This document shows positions 8,760 to 17,020 of a DNA stretch of 64,000 nucleotides, piece after piece; positions within the stretch are counted from its first letter, which is position 1; the number at the start of each line of letters is the position of its first letter. This DNA is from an uncultured bacterium (lineage in GTDB: Bacteria; Chloroflexota; Ktedonobacteria; Ktedonobacterales; JADMIN01): the NCBI GenBank assembly GCA_963733745.1, contig CAVTFE010000088.1, positions 79,266 through 143,265 on the forward strand. Reading direction: 5' to 3'. A program made the translations under genes and the position numbers. The notes under the pieces were generated by a model. It saw only the letters and a program-made list of their open reading frames with translations. It ran no database searches and was not told where the DNA came from.

Positions 8760-10064
8760 TCAGGGCTGGGGAGGAAGCGCCGCCGTTCCTTTCTGGCTGG
8801 CATAGGTGTAGCCGTCTGCTCGATGGATCGGCCGACAGTAGCGCACGTGGATGCCCTGGATTGTGCCAGCGGCCGTCTTGAGGTTGCAGGAGCCAGTGGC
8901 ACGCACGGCCAGCCGCCCCAGGTAGGTTCCTGCCTTTGTGGAAGATGGTGGAACGACGGCGCGCACGATATCGCCGGTGCGGAATCCGCCGACCACACTG
9001 GTGGCCTTGGGCGCTTTGTCGGGGAAGCCGGACGCGTTCGTGCGACACATCTGCCGGCTGTGGCGTCCGGTTGCCGTGATGTGTAGAGGCACGATACCGG
9101 CAACCCTGAGAGTAGCAGGCGTGCTGGCCCCGACGCACGCGGCATCGAGCCAATGTGTCTTGGGCAAGTTCCGCGTGGTCCGATTCCATTTCGTCCGTCC
9201 GCCTGTGCCCGTCTCCACCGGCAATCCCCGCCCCTTGAGCCGGTGGAAGAGCGCCCAGCGGGTGGCGTTGACCGCCGCCGCGTCCCGCAACGGCTGCTTG
9301 GCCTGCGCCTGGATCTCGGGATAGCCGAATTCCGCGGCGGTGCGCGTGCCCTTGGCATCATTGCAGGGTTTGCAGGCGGTCGTGAGGTTCGAGACGCGAT
9401 TGGAGCCGTCACGCGCCTTGGGGACGATGTGCTCGATCTGCAAGGGGACATGCGTCTGGCGACAATATGCGCAGCGCCGCCCGAACTTCTCGAGCAGATA
9501 TTGCCTCACCTCGTAGCCCGCCAGTTCGCCTTGCTGGTACTCGACTCCGCTCATTTCCGCGTGTTGCAGGAGCTGCGTGTCGAATTTGACCAGTTCGAGC
9601 GAAAGCGCGCCGATGGGCGCGATGCGACGCAGGCGCTCCACCCAGGTCACCACATTGGCGATCCGGCTCTCCAGAGAGGGCGGGAGCCAGCCGTCACGCC
9701 GGCGGCGGTTGAGGAAGCGCGCCGGACGGTAACGGGTGTGGCGCTGGCGACGGGAACGGCGGACGGCCCGACGCGCCAGCAGGCGATCGCGGATCTGCTG
9801 CCCGCGATGGGTCAGTTCCGCCGCCCAGACGACCTGCCCCGTGGCGTCATTGACGACCGCTAGCCCCGTGGTCTTGCTGCCGGGATCAATTTTGAGCCGG
9901 AGCGGCGCGGGCTCGTCGGGTGTCTCGCCTTCTTTGAGGATAAGTGTGAAGGGGTATCGCCGCCACACCGCTGCTCGGTGCGCGCTGAGCAGGTAGCGCG
10001 CGCGCCCCGGCGGAATCGGAGCGCACGGTCTGCGCTTCTGGTCGATGACCAAGACAGACGACAT
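8760..10064 (-). CDS. iscB: IscB RNA-guided nuclease (RuvC split by an HNH insertion; OMEGA system)
   Basis: 434 aa. PLMP-like N-terminus (VLVIDQKRRPCAPIPPGRARYLL). RuvC-I IDPGSKTTGLAVV. Arg-rich bridge helix (RRAVRRSRRQRHTRYRPARFLNRRRR). RuvC-II LELVKFD. HNH CAYC..IEHIVPKARDGSNRVSNL..CKPCN. RuvC-III HWLDAACVG. C-terminal GFRTGDIVRAVV...RADGYTY. Confidence 0.9.
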   Translation of the reverse strand: MSSVLVIDQKRRPCAPIPPGRARYLLSAHRAAVWRRYPFTLILKEGETPDEPAPLRLKIDPGSKTTGLAVVNDATGQVVWAAELTHRGQQIRDRLLARRAVRRSRRQRHTRYRPARFLNRRRRDGWLPPSLESRIANVVTWVERLRRIAPIGALSLELVKFDTQLLQHAEMSGVEYQQGELAGYEVRQYLLEKFGRRCAYCRQTHVPLQIEHIVPKARDGSNRVSNLTTACKPCNDAKGTRTAAEFGYPEIQAQAKQPLRDAAAVNATRWALFHRLKGRGLPVETGTGGRTKWNRTTRNLPKTHWLDAACVGASTPATLRVAGIVPLHITATGRHSRQMCRTNASGFPDKAPKATSVVGGFRTGDIVRAVVPPSSTKAGTYLGRLAVRATGSCNLKTAAGTIQGIHVRYCRPIHRADGYTYASQKGTAALPPQP

Positions 10065-10336
10065 GCCACCATCCTTTCGGACTCCGCTTGCGCGGGTAAG
10101 GGTTCCCTCGTCCGTGTTTGGGAGCGGTACTGTGCTCGACGCACGGGCTGTTGTACCCCATCTGCCTGTTTAACGCCGAGCTTAGAGGGCCTGGGACTGA
10201 GAGGCCATCCCAGGGTCTGAACTGAAACACTCCTCCCAAACGGCTCCTGGCGTACAGCCAGGGGACTGGTCAGCATCGGGGCTCTTGCAAGCCCCCGCAT
10301 TCATGCGTGGGGTCGCTGACGACGACAGTTGACTTG
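10065..10336 (-). ncRNA. candidate IscB omega RNA (HEARO-type); 5' end and guide boundary uncertain
   Basis: Non-coding sequence immediately 5' of iscB on the same strand, with nested helices (plus-strand coordinates). These are ccgc-GCAA-gcgg (10084-10095), a long-range gtttgggag/ctcccaaac pair (10116-10124 with 10233-10241), cctggga/tcccagg (10190-10214), cctggc/gccagg (10246-10262), ggggct/agcccc (10278-10295) and gtcagc/gctgac (10269-10274 with 10315-10320). Confidence 0.7.
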
Positions 10337-10630
10337 CGCGGGCGTATCACCGAGAATGGCGCGCTCGAGGTTCGGTTACCAGCGGGATTGCCGTCCGGCG
10401 ATGTGTTCGTGCGTCTGCGGATTCCCGATCACGAGACAGGTCCAGAGGTTCCACGGACGGATGAGGAGGTACAGGCGCTGATGTCGCAACCGCCTATGCC
10501 CCGCGAGGACTTTCTGACTTGGCTTGCCGCCGCTCCACCTGACGAGCCGTGGGGCGATCTGGCGGGCGACGAGGATGCGGCGGAGTATGTACATGAGCGC
10601 CGTCAGCGGTCAGTGATCCTGACAGAGTAA
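10307..10630 (+). CDS. hypothetical small protein
   Basis: 107-aa ORF from GTG 10307 (alternative TTG 10334). The N-terminus ...GRITENGALEVRLPAGLPSGDVFVRLRI resembles small swapped-hairpin/antitoxin-like beta domains, and the tail is acidic. The first codons overlap the putative omega RNA on the opposite strand. Confidence 0.4.
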   Translation: MGSLTTTVDLRGRITENGALEVRLPAGLPSGDVFVRLRIPDHETGPEVPRTDEEVQALMSQPPMPREDFLTWLAAAPPDEPWGDLAGDEDAAEYVHERRQRSVILTE

Positions 10631-10631
10631 C

Positions 10632-10859
10632 TTAGGAGGCGAGGCGGGCCGTCATACCACGCGCGCTGATCCGGCGCTGCAACGCGACGTATTCGTCCAG
10701 AGCGCGCAGGTAGGTGTCGTACATCCGCTCGAGGACGGGCATCGGCTGGCCGCGCTGCTCGGCCATCGCCAGGTCGAACCAGCGGCGCTGCATGCGCTGT
10801 TCGGCGCTATGAAGCTGGGTGGAGAAGGTAGAGCGGCTGGAAGGTGATTGGTTGGCCAT
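10632..10859 (-). CDS. hypothetical small protein (75 aa)
   Basis: ATG at 10859 with AAGGAG 8 nt upstream. Helical, Arg/Gln-rich sequence. Confidence 0.5.
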   Translation of the reverse strand: MANQSPSSRSTFSTQLHSAEQRMQRRWFDLAMAEQRGQPMPVLERMYDTYLRALDEYVALQRRISARGMTARLAS

Positions 10860-10865
10860 GGTGCT

Positions 10866-10905
10866 GTCTCCTTGTGAGGAGGAATGATGCCCTCACTGAG
10901 GAGAC
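10866..10905 (-). promoter_or_regulatory. hairpin sequestering the SD of the 75-aa ORF
   Basis: Minus strand reads gtctcctcagtgagg-gcatcattcct-cctcacaaggagac. The 3' arm contains the AAGGAG SD. Confidence 0.45.
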
Positions 10906-11061
10906 ACTTCTCGCCTGGCTAGGAAAAAGCGGTAATCAGGTGCCGCTGCTCTCGTTGTGAGTGATGCGAAGCCGCTCTATTTCTCGCGTCGTGCGCGCAA
11001 AAACGCGCCCCGGCGGCGAGTAGCCAGCGGAGCGCGTGTCCAGAGTAGGTGGCTTCGATGG

Positions 11062-11769
11062 TTAGCGCGCCGCCTCGCGATGGGTCCCCGCAATGAAGCG
11101 GTAGAGCCAGGCGATGATCACGCCGCCCACGATTGGCGCGATGCCATAGACGAAGAACTCTTGCCAGCCAAAGTTCTTGATCGTGCCCTGAATCCAATCC
11201 ACCAAGTACGGACCAAGGCCGAGCGCTGGATTCACCGCCGCGCCGGTGATGGGGCCGACGACGAAGATCGCTGCGGCGAGGGCGACGCCGATCACCCAGG
11301 CGGCCCAGCCGTTGGGCAGGTTCAGGCGTGGATCGGCCGCCGCCGCTACCACCGCGATGACCAAGAACGCCGCGCCAATCGCCTCCGCGCCGAACGCGGT
11401 CCCACCGCCGACACCCGCCGCGATGGTGGGCGCGATGGAGGCGTTCTTGCCATACAGCGCCTCGACGCCGAACGCGGCGACAATCGCGCCGACGAACTGC
11501 GCGATGATGTACCAGGGAACCTGCGCCCAGGGGAACCGGCCAACACTCGCCAGCGAGAGCGTCACGGCGGGATTCACATGCCCGCCGGAGATCCGACCGA
11601 TCACGGAGATCGCCAGGAAGAGCGCGAAGCCATGCGCCAGCGCCGGAATGATCGTCCCCTGCGCCGCCGGAGCCAGGATGCCCGCTCCTCCACCGATGAA
11701 GGCCAGGAAGAACGTTCCCAGCGCCTCCGCCATCAGCGCTTCCACCTCACCTGGTTTGCGAAGCATCAT
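11062..11769 (-). CDS. MIP-family channel (aquaporin / glycerol facilitator)
   Basis: Two NPA boxes (GGHVNPAVTL, GAAVNPALGL) and six TM segments. Confidence 0.9.
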   Translation of the reverse strand: MMLRKPGEVEALMAEALGTFFLAFIGGGAGILAPAAQGTIIPALAHGFALFLAISVIGRISGGHVNPAVTLSLASVGRFPWAQVPWYIIAQFVGAIVAAFGVEALYGKNASIAPTIAAGVGGGTAFGAEAIGAAFLVIAVVAAAADPRLNLPNGWAAWVIGVALAAAIFVVGPITGAAVNPALGLGPYLVDWIQGTIKNFGWQEFFVYGIAPIVGGVIIAWLYRFIAGTHREAAR

Positions 11770-11828
11770 CCACCCCCTTCAACCTGCGCTGAGAATGTAC
11801 AGAGAATGCCGACACGACATATAGATTA

Positions 11829-11857
11829 AGGATAGCAGCGCAGCCGGTAGCTGTCAA
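11829..11857 (-). promoter_or_regulatory. sigma70-like promoter for the aquaporin gene
   Basis: Minus strand reads TTGACA (11857-11852), 17 nt, then TATCCT (11834-11829), about 60 nt upstream of the ATG. Confidence 0.45.
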
Positions 11858-11916
11858 CGGCTCTTTCCTATGTAACACCTGAATTCATCGGGTCTGGTGC
11901 AATGCTTCCCGCTCGC

Positions 11917-12345
11917 TTATGTGGAGTGATTCGTGGTCGGGAGATAAAGGGTGTAGCCATCAAGCGCGACGCGCTGAAAGGCGGCTGGCGCGCGGTCATA
12001 GACGGCCTGGAAAGAGTGCGCCTGCGATGAATCGTCGGGGAAGAGATACGCGGGATCTGGCGTGGCGGCGACTCGCTCACGATAGGGCGCGTAGCGGTCG
12101 AGATCGGGCTGTAATTCAGGGTTGAGGGTGGCGCAGATGATGTGTTCGTGACTGAGAAACGCTATGCGGTCGCAGGTCCAGTAGTCGGTGTAGAGGGCCG
12201 TCACGCCCCGTCTTTCGAGGTCGGCGATCAGGCGCTCCTGCCGTTGCGCCTCCACGCGCGCGCCGGGAATCGCCTGGAAGACACCTGCCAGACCCAGCAG
12301 GTACGCCAGCGCGATCATTCCAAGCGCGAATCGTCCAGCCCACAC
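11917..12345 (-). pseudogene. probable 5'-truncated or frameshifted remnant of a larger membrane protein
   Basis: The 142-aa ORF has one TM helix plus a soluble domain. The ORF directly upstream (12347 to about 12500, different frame) encodes TM-like segments (MLSALLTLALYVSS..LVGLTLATPVLLAPLWGW). No plausible N-terminus remains before the TnpB element. Confidence 0.4.
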
Positions 12346-12755
12346 CTTACGATGCGCCGGAGGTCGCCCACCCCCAGAGCGGCGCGAGCAGAACCGGCGT
12401 CGCCAGCGTCAGCCCGACGAGATAGCGCATAACGACCTGTGGCGCGCGCGCTGCGACCGGACTGGAGACGTAGAGCGCCAGGGTGAGCAATGCGCTCAGC
12501 ATGTAGCGCCACCCTCCCAGAGCGTGACCTGGCTGGCAATAGCGGAACCACGATGATGAGGCTAAGGCGGCTTGCGGGCGAATCAAGGAAATTATGGTAG
12601 CGAGAATCGGCGTTGCCGGAAGCCGGAGCGCCGCGCGGATAAGGTATAATGAACGTTCGGAACCAGTAGAGAACTTCCTGGGGTAGCCTTGACCTTGGTT
12701 GGCACTGCTTGCGCAGTCCGGGAGCCAGACACCATAGAGGCCAGGGAGGGTACCA

Positions 12756-13976
12756 ATGCAGTTAGTGGAACAGCACCGTATTGACCGCCACGACCCCCGG
12801 TGGGCGGCGATTGACGTAGCGGCCTTTGCAAGCAAGAACCTCTACAACGCTGCACTCTACCTTACCCGCCAGGCATACATCACGAACGGTACAGTCATTG
12901 GCTATGCCGAGCTAGACACGCTCATGCAGCCTACCGAGCAGTACCGTATGCTCCCCGCCAAGGTGGCCCAATGGGTGCTAAAGCAAGTTACCCTCGCCTG
13001 GACGAGCTACTTCGCCGCCTGTCAGGAATGGGTAGCCCATCCCGAGAAGTTCCTGGGTCATCCCAAGCTACCCAAGTACCGCGAGAAGCAGGGCCGGAAT
13101 GTCCTCACCTATACCACCCAGGCTATCAGCCGCCATCCCAGGAATGCGGGCTGGATTGTGCCGTCCGGACTGGCGATTCGCGTCGCCACCAAACATTCCT
13201 TCCAGACGATTGCACAGGTGCGCATCGCACCGCATGCCACCCATTACACGGTGGAGGTCATCTATGAACAGGAGGTATTCCCCGCCGACGTCAATCCACA
13301 GTGGGTCGCGGGTATTGATCTGGGGGTCAACAATCTGGCGGCGCTAACCGCAAACCAGCCAGGCTTTACGCCTCTTCTGGTCAACGGGCGTCCACTCAAA
13401 GCGTTGAACCAACTCTACAACAAGCGCCGCGCTCACTATCAAGCCTTGCTCCTGGAAGGGCAAACTACCTCCCATCGCCTTGATGTCCTGACCAACAAGC
13501 GCAAACGACAGGTCGACAGTTACCTCCATGTGGCAAGTCGTCGCATCGTTGATCACTTGGTTCGGCAGCGTATTAGCATGCTCATCATCGGGAAGAATGA
13601 GGGGTGGAAGCAAGAGGTCCAGTTGGGCAAGCGGACCAATCAGACGTTCGTCTTCCTCCCGCATGCCCGATTCATCCAGATGTTGACCTATAAGGCAGAA
13701 CTGGTCGGCATCCGCGTCCTCCTGACAGAGGAGAGTTACACTTCCAAGTGCAGCTTCCTGGAGAGCGAGCCACTGGGTCGTCAGGTCGAGTACGTTGGGA
13801 AGCGGGTGAAGCGTGGGCTGTTTGTGACGGCGACGAGTCGGCGGATCAATGCCGATGTGAATGCGTCCTACAACATGATCGTCAAAGTGGTCCCAAACGC
13901 CTTCGGCAATGGGAGAGAGGGTGTGGTAGTTCACCCTGTCAGGCTCAACCTGACGAACCGACGGCTGGCGGCATAG
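12756..13976 (+). CDS. tnpB: TnpB (IS200/IS605 OrfB, IS1341-like), apparently intact
   Basis: 406 aa. RuvC-I AGIDLGVNNLAAL, RuvC-II LIIGKNEGWKQE, RuvC-III INADVNASYNMI. The zinc-finger region retains only one Cys (SYTSKCSFLESE...KRGLF). Confidence 0.9.
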   Translation: MQLVEQHRIDRHDPRWAAIDVAAFASKNLYNAALYLTRQAYITNGTVIGYAELDTLMQPTEQYRMLPAKVAQWVLKQVTLAWTSYFAACQEWVAHPEKFLGHPKLPKYREKQGRNVLTYTTQAISRHPRNAGWIVPSGLAIRVATKHSFQTIAQVRIAPHATHYTVEVIYEQEVFPADVNPQWVAGIDLGVNNLAALTANQPGFTPLLVNGRPLKALNQLYNKRRAHYQALLLEGQTTSHRLDVLTNKRKRQVDSYLHVASRRIVDHLVRQRISMLIIGKNEGWKQEVQLGKRTNQTFVFLPHARFIQMLTYKAELVGIRVLLTEESYTSKCSFLESEPLGRQVEYVGKRVKRGLFVTATSRRINADVNASYNMIVKVVPNAFGNGREGVVVHPVRLNLTNRRLAA

Positions 13977-14055
13977 CGCACAAGACGATCGGATACTATA
14001 ATGCGACCATTGCGCGGCGGGTTGACGCGTCCGCGCCAGAACCGACATAACACCC
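13850..14055 (+). ncRNA. expected TnpB omega/reRNA region at the 3' end of tnpB; boundaries not determined
   Basis: Placed by analogy with TnpB systems. Hairpins are seen: gtcagg-ctcaa-cctgac (about 13938-13954) and gcgcgg..ccgcgc (about 14012-14036). Confidence 0.35.
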
Positions 14056-14083
14056 TGAAATGGTCGAAAGGAACACCAATCCC

Positions 14084-14392
14084 ATGGGATTCAACATGAA
14101 GGCCATCCAGCAGATGCAGAACAAGCTCCTCAAGTTGCAGGAGGAGCTGCAGAACACCGTCTTCGAAGGCACAGCCGGCGGTGGCGCTGTCACGGTCAGC
14201 ATGACAGGCAAGTTCGAGGTGACCGGCGTCAAGCTCACTCCTGAGGTCGTGGACCCCGAAGACGTCTCGCTGCTGGAGGATCTCATCCTCGCGGCGTCTC
14301 AGGACGCTTTCAACAAGGCGACTGAGGCGCAGCAGAAGATGATGAGCTCGGTCACCGGCGGGATGGGCCTGCCGCCGGGTATGGGCTTCTAG
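14084..14392 (+). CDS. ybaB: nucleoid-associated protein YbaB/EbfC
   Basis: MGFNMKAIQQMQNKLLKLQEEL...GGGAVTVSMTGKFEV, the typical YbaB sequence. Lies upstream of recR. Confidence 0.85.
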   Translation: MGFNMKAIQQMQNKLLKLQEELQNTVFEGTAGGGAVTVSMTGKFEVTGVKLTPEVVDPEDVSLLEDLILAASQDAFNKATEAQQKMMSSVTGGMGLPPGMGF

Positions 14393-14425
14393 CCGGCCAC
14401 AACTAAGAGCGTAGATGGACGAGAC

Positions 14426-15043
14426 ATGCAAACTACCGCGGCGTCGGTGACGGCGCTGATTGACGAACTGGCGAAGCTGCCGGGCGTGGGGCCGAAGACT
14501 GCCCAGCGCCTGACGTTCTTCATCCTGCGCAGCCCGGCGGATCAGGCGCGTCGGCTGGCCGAGGCGATTGTGCGGGTGAAGGAGAACATCATCCAGTGCT
14601 CCACCTGCTTCAACCTGACCGAGACCGACCCTTGCCCGATCTGCGCCAATCCGCAGCGTGAGCGCGGCGTGATCTGTGTCGTCGAGGAGCCGCTGGACGT
14701 GCTGGCGCTGGAGAAGACCGGCGTCTTCAAGGGGCTGTACCACGTGCTGCATGGCGCGCTCTCGCCGATCGAAGGCATTGGCCCGAAGGATTTGCGCATC
14801 GACGAACTGGTGGCGCGGGTGAAGTCGAGCGGCGGCGAGGACGGGCCGGTCCATGAAGTGATCCTGGCGACGAATCCCAACTATGAGGGCGACTACACCG
14901 CCGCCTACATCGCGCCGCTACTGGAGCGCGCTGATCTGCGCGTGACGCGCTTGGCGCGCGGTCTACCAATTGGTGGCGATCTGGAGTACGCCGACGAGGG
15001 AACGCTCAGCCGCGCGCTGGAGGGCCGCAGCAAGATGCCGTGA
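14426..15043 (+). CDS. recR: recombination protein RecR
   Basis: HhH (LPGVGPKTAQRL), C4 zinc finger (CSTCFNLTETDPCPIC) and Toprim domain. Confidence 0.95.
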   Translation: MQTTAASVTALIDELAKLPGVGPKTAQRLTFFILRSPADQARRLAEAIVRVKENIIQCSTCFNLTETDPCPICANPQRERGVICVVEEPLDVLALEKTGVFKGLYHVLHGALSPIEGIGPKDLRIDELVARVKSSGGEDGPVHEVILATNPNYEGDYTAAYIAPLLERADLRVTRLARGLPIGGDLEYADEGTLSRALEGRSKMP

Positions 15044-15079
15044 GGTGTAACGGAGGAGCGCCCCAGGAGGCAAGGGAGT

Positions 15080-15655
15080 ATGCCTATGGAGACGGCGGAG
15101 ATCGTGCAGGGCCTGCGCGAGCAACGCCTGACGACGCTGGCGCTGGCCGACCAGATCGGCGACGACCGCTGGTGGGAGCCACTGCTGCCCGGCGAGGCGA
15201 CGCTGCATGACATGCTCGCGCATCTGCTCGGCTGGGACGAGTGGGCCACCGCCGTCTTCGAGATCAGCGCCTATCGTGATCTGCCTGATGTGCTGGTTGA
15301 CGCTGCGCGCGATGTGGATGGCTACAACACGCGGACACAGACGCGCTACCGACCACTGACCCGCGACGACTTGCTCGGTGGGCTGCAATCCGCGACGCCC
15401 CGCGTAGTCGCCTCCGCGATGGGACGCGGAGAAGATGGCTGGGAGACGCGGCGCATTGCGCAATTGGCGTACGAAGATGTCGGCGGTAAGCGGCAGGAGG
15501 ACGGAACTATCCGCCCGCCAAGCGTGCGAGGCATCCTGCATCTGCTGCTGAACCACGAGCGCGAACACGACGAGGAGATCAGCGCGGCCTTTGGCGTCAC
15601 GGCGAATCTTGAGCGTTTCAGCGGCGGAGACGAGACGCCGCAGGCCAGCTCCTGA
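15080..15655 (+). CDS. DinB-like four-helix-bundle protein
   Basis: LHDMLAHLLGWDEW and HEREHDEEI motifs. GGAGG upstream. Confidence 0.65.
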   Translation: MPMETAEIVQGLREQRLTTLALADQIGDDRWWEPLLPGEATLHDMLAHLLGWDEWATAVFEISAYRDLPDVLVDAARDVDGYNTRTQTRYRPLTRDDLLGGLQSATPRVVASAMGRGEDGWETRRIAQLAYEDVGGKRQEDGTIRPPSVRGILHLLLNHEREHDEEISAAFGVTANLERFSGGDETPQASS

Positions 15656-15741
15656 AGCGAAATGACACAAGGTACCAGCGTGGTGGCGTACTATGGAGTC
15701 ATCACGTTCCAATTTCAGCATAGGCGTGCAGAATACAGTGA

Positions 15742-15770
15742 TTGACGCCACCGCGACCCTCGCGTACAAT
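15742..15770 (+). promoter_or_regulatory. sigma70-like promoter upstream of recA
   Basis: TTGACG (15742-15747), 17 nt, then TACAAT (15765-15770). Confidence 0.5.
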
Positions 15771-15868
15771 TAGATCATTCGTTCCAAATACAACTGTTCC
15801 TGATCAGGCGGAAGTGGCGCCGTCAGTGGAGACAAACAGGACGCAACAGGACGCAAGAGGAGTAGAGC

Positions 15869-16960
15869 ATGCCAGCAAGTCGTGACAACAGCGCCCTCGC
15901 CGCGATGAACGGGGCGACCGCCTCCGAGCGTGAAAAATCGCTCGACCTGACCATGTCGCAGATCGAGCGCCGCTTCGGCAAGGGCGCGATCATGCGCCTG
16001 GGCGAGCACCGCGCCCATGATAAAGTTGAGTGTATCCCCACCGGGTCCATCGCGCTGGACCTGGCGCTGGGCATCGGCGGTATTCCGCGCGGGCGTGTCA
16101 CCGAGATCTACGGGCCGGAAAGCTCCGGCAAGACGACGCTCTGCCTACACATCATCGCTAATGCCCAGCGGCGCGGTGGCGTCGCCGCCTTTGTCGACGC
16201 CGAGCACGCGCTCGATCCCGCCTACGCCGAGCGGCTAGGCGTCAACATCAACGATTTGCTGATCTCGCAGCCAGACACCGGCGAGCAGGCGCTGGAGATC
16301 GTCGAGATGCTGGTGCGTAGCGGGGCTGTGGATGTCGTCGTGATCGACTCGGTGGCCGCGCTGGTGCCGCGCGCGGAGATCGAGGGCGAGATGGGCGACG
16401 CGCACGTGGGCTTGCAGGCGCGCCTCATGAGCCAGGCCTTGCGCAAACTGACCGGCGCGATCAACAACTCCAAGACCTCGGTGATCTTCACCAACCAGTT
16501 GCGCGAGAAGGTTGGCATCATGTTCGGCAACCCGGAGACGACCTCGGGCGGACGCGCGCTCAAGTTCTACTCTTCGGTCCGGCTCGACATCCGCCGCATC
16601 GACTCGATCAAGGTCGGCACGGAGGTGATGGGCAGCCGCGCCAAGGTCAAGGTGGTGAAGAACAAGGTCGCGCCGCCGTTCCGCATAGCCGAGTTCGACA
16701 TCATGTTCAATGAGGGCATCTCGCGCGAGGGCGGTCTACTCGACATCGGCCTGGAGACGGGTACGGTCAAGAAGGCTGGCGCATTCTTCTCGTACGGCGA
16801 GACGCGGCTGGGCCAGGGGCGCGAGAACGCCAAGGAGTTCCTGCGCCAGCACCCAGAGATCGGCGACTCGATCGAGGCGCAGATTCGCTCCGCCGTCGCG
16901 CCGGTCACGGTGACGCCGGGCGTCGAGGACGACGAGCCACTCGAAGACGACGAGGAGTAG
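15869..16960 (+). CDS. recA: recombinase RecA
   Basis: Walker [24 protein letters not shown], and overall unmistakable RecA sequence. Confidence 0.97.
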   Translation: MPASRDNSALAAMNGATASEREKSLDLTMSQIERRFGKGAIMRLGEHRAHDKVECIPTGSIALDLALGIGGIPRGRVTEIYGPESSGKTTLCLHIIANAQRRGGVAAFVDAEHALDPAYAERLGVNINDLLISQPDTGEQALEIVEMLVRSGAVDVVVIDSVAALVPRAEIEGEMGDAHVGLQARLMSQALRKLTGAINNSKTSVIFTNQLREKVGIMFGNPETTSGGRALKFYSSVRLDIRRIDSIKVGTEVMGSRAKVKVVKNKVAPPFRIAEFDIMFNEGISREGGLLDIGLETGTVKKAGAFFSYGETRLGQGRENAKEFLRQHPEIGDSIEAQIRSAVAPVTVTPGVEDDEPLEDDEE

Positions 16961-16985
16961 GCCTTCATCGTCGATAGGCTAACAC

Positions 16986-17020
16986 ACGCCCCTGGACCGC
17001 AATGGTTCGGGGGCGTCTTC
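16986..17020 (+). terminator. GC-rich hairpin after recA
   Basis: acgcccctggacc-gcaat-ggttcggggcgt followed by cttc. The U-tract is weak. Confidence 0.5.

Noticed and set aside
13931-14854. Long minus-strand ORF (307 aa) opposite ybaB/recR. Similar long antisense ORFs occur at 10957-11829, 14963-15769, 29433-30359, 30462-31274, 36333-37256, 37944-38750, 47663-48895, 53781-54848, 58286-59119, 59201-60241 and 60958-61623.
   Set aside because: They are Arg/Ala/Pro-rich with no recognisable motifs. Each lies opposite an ORF with clear family signatures. Such shadow ORFs are expected on the antisense strand of high-GC genes.
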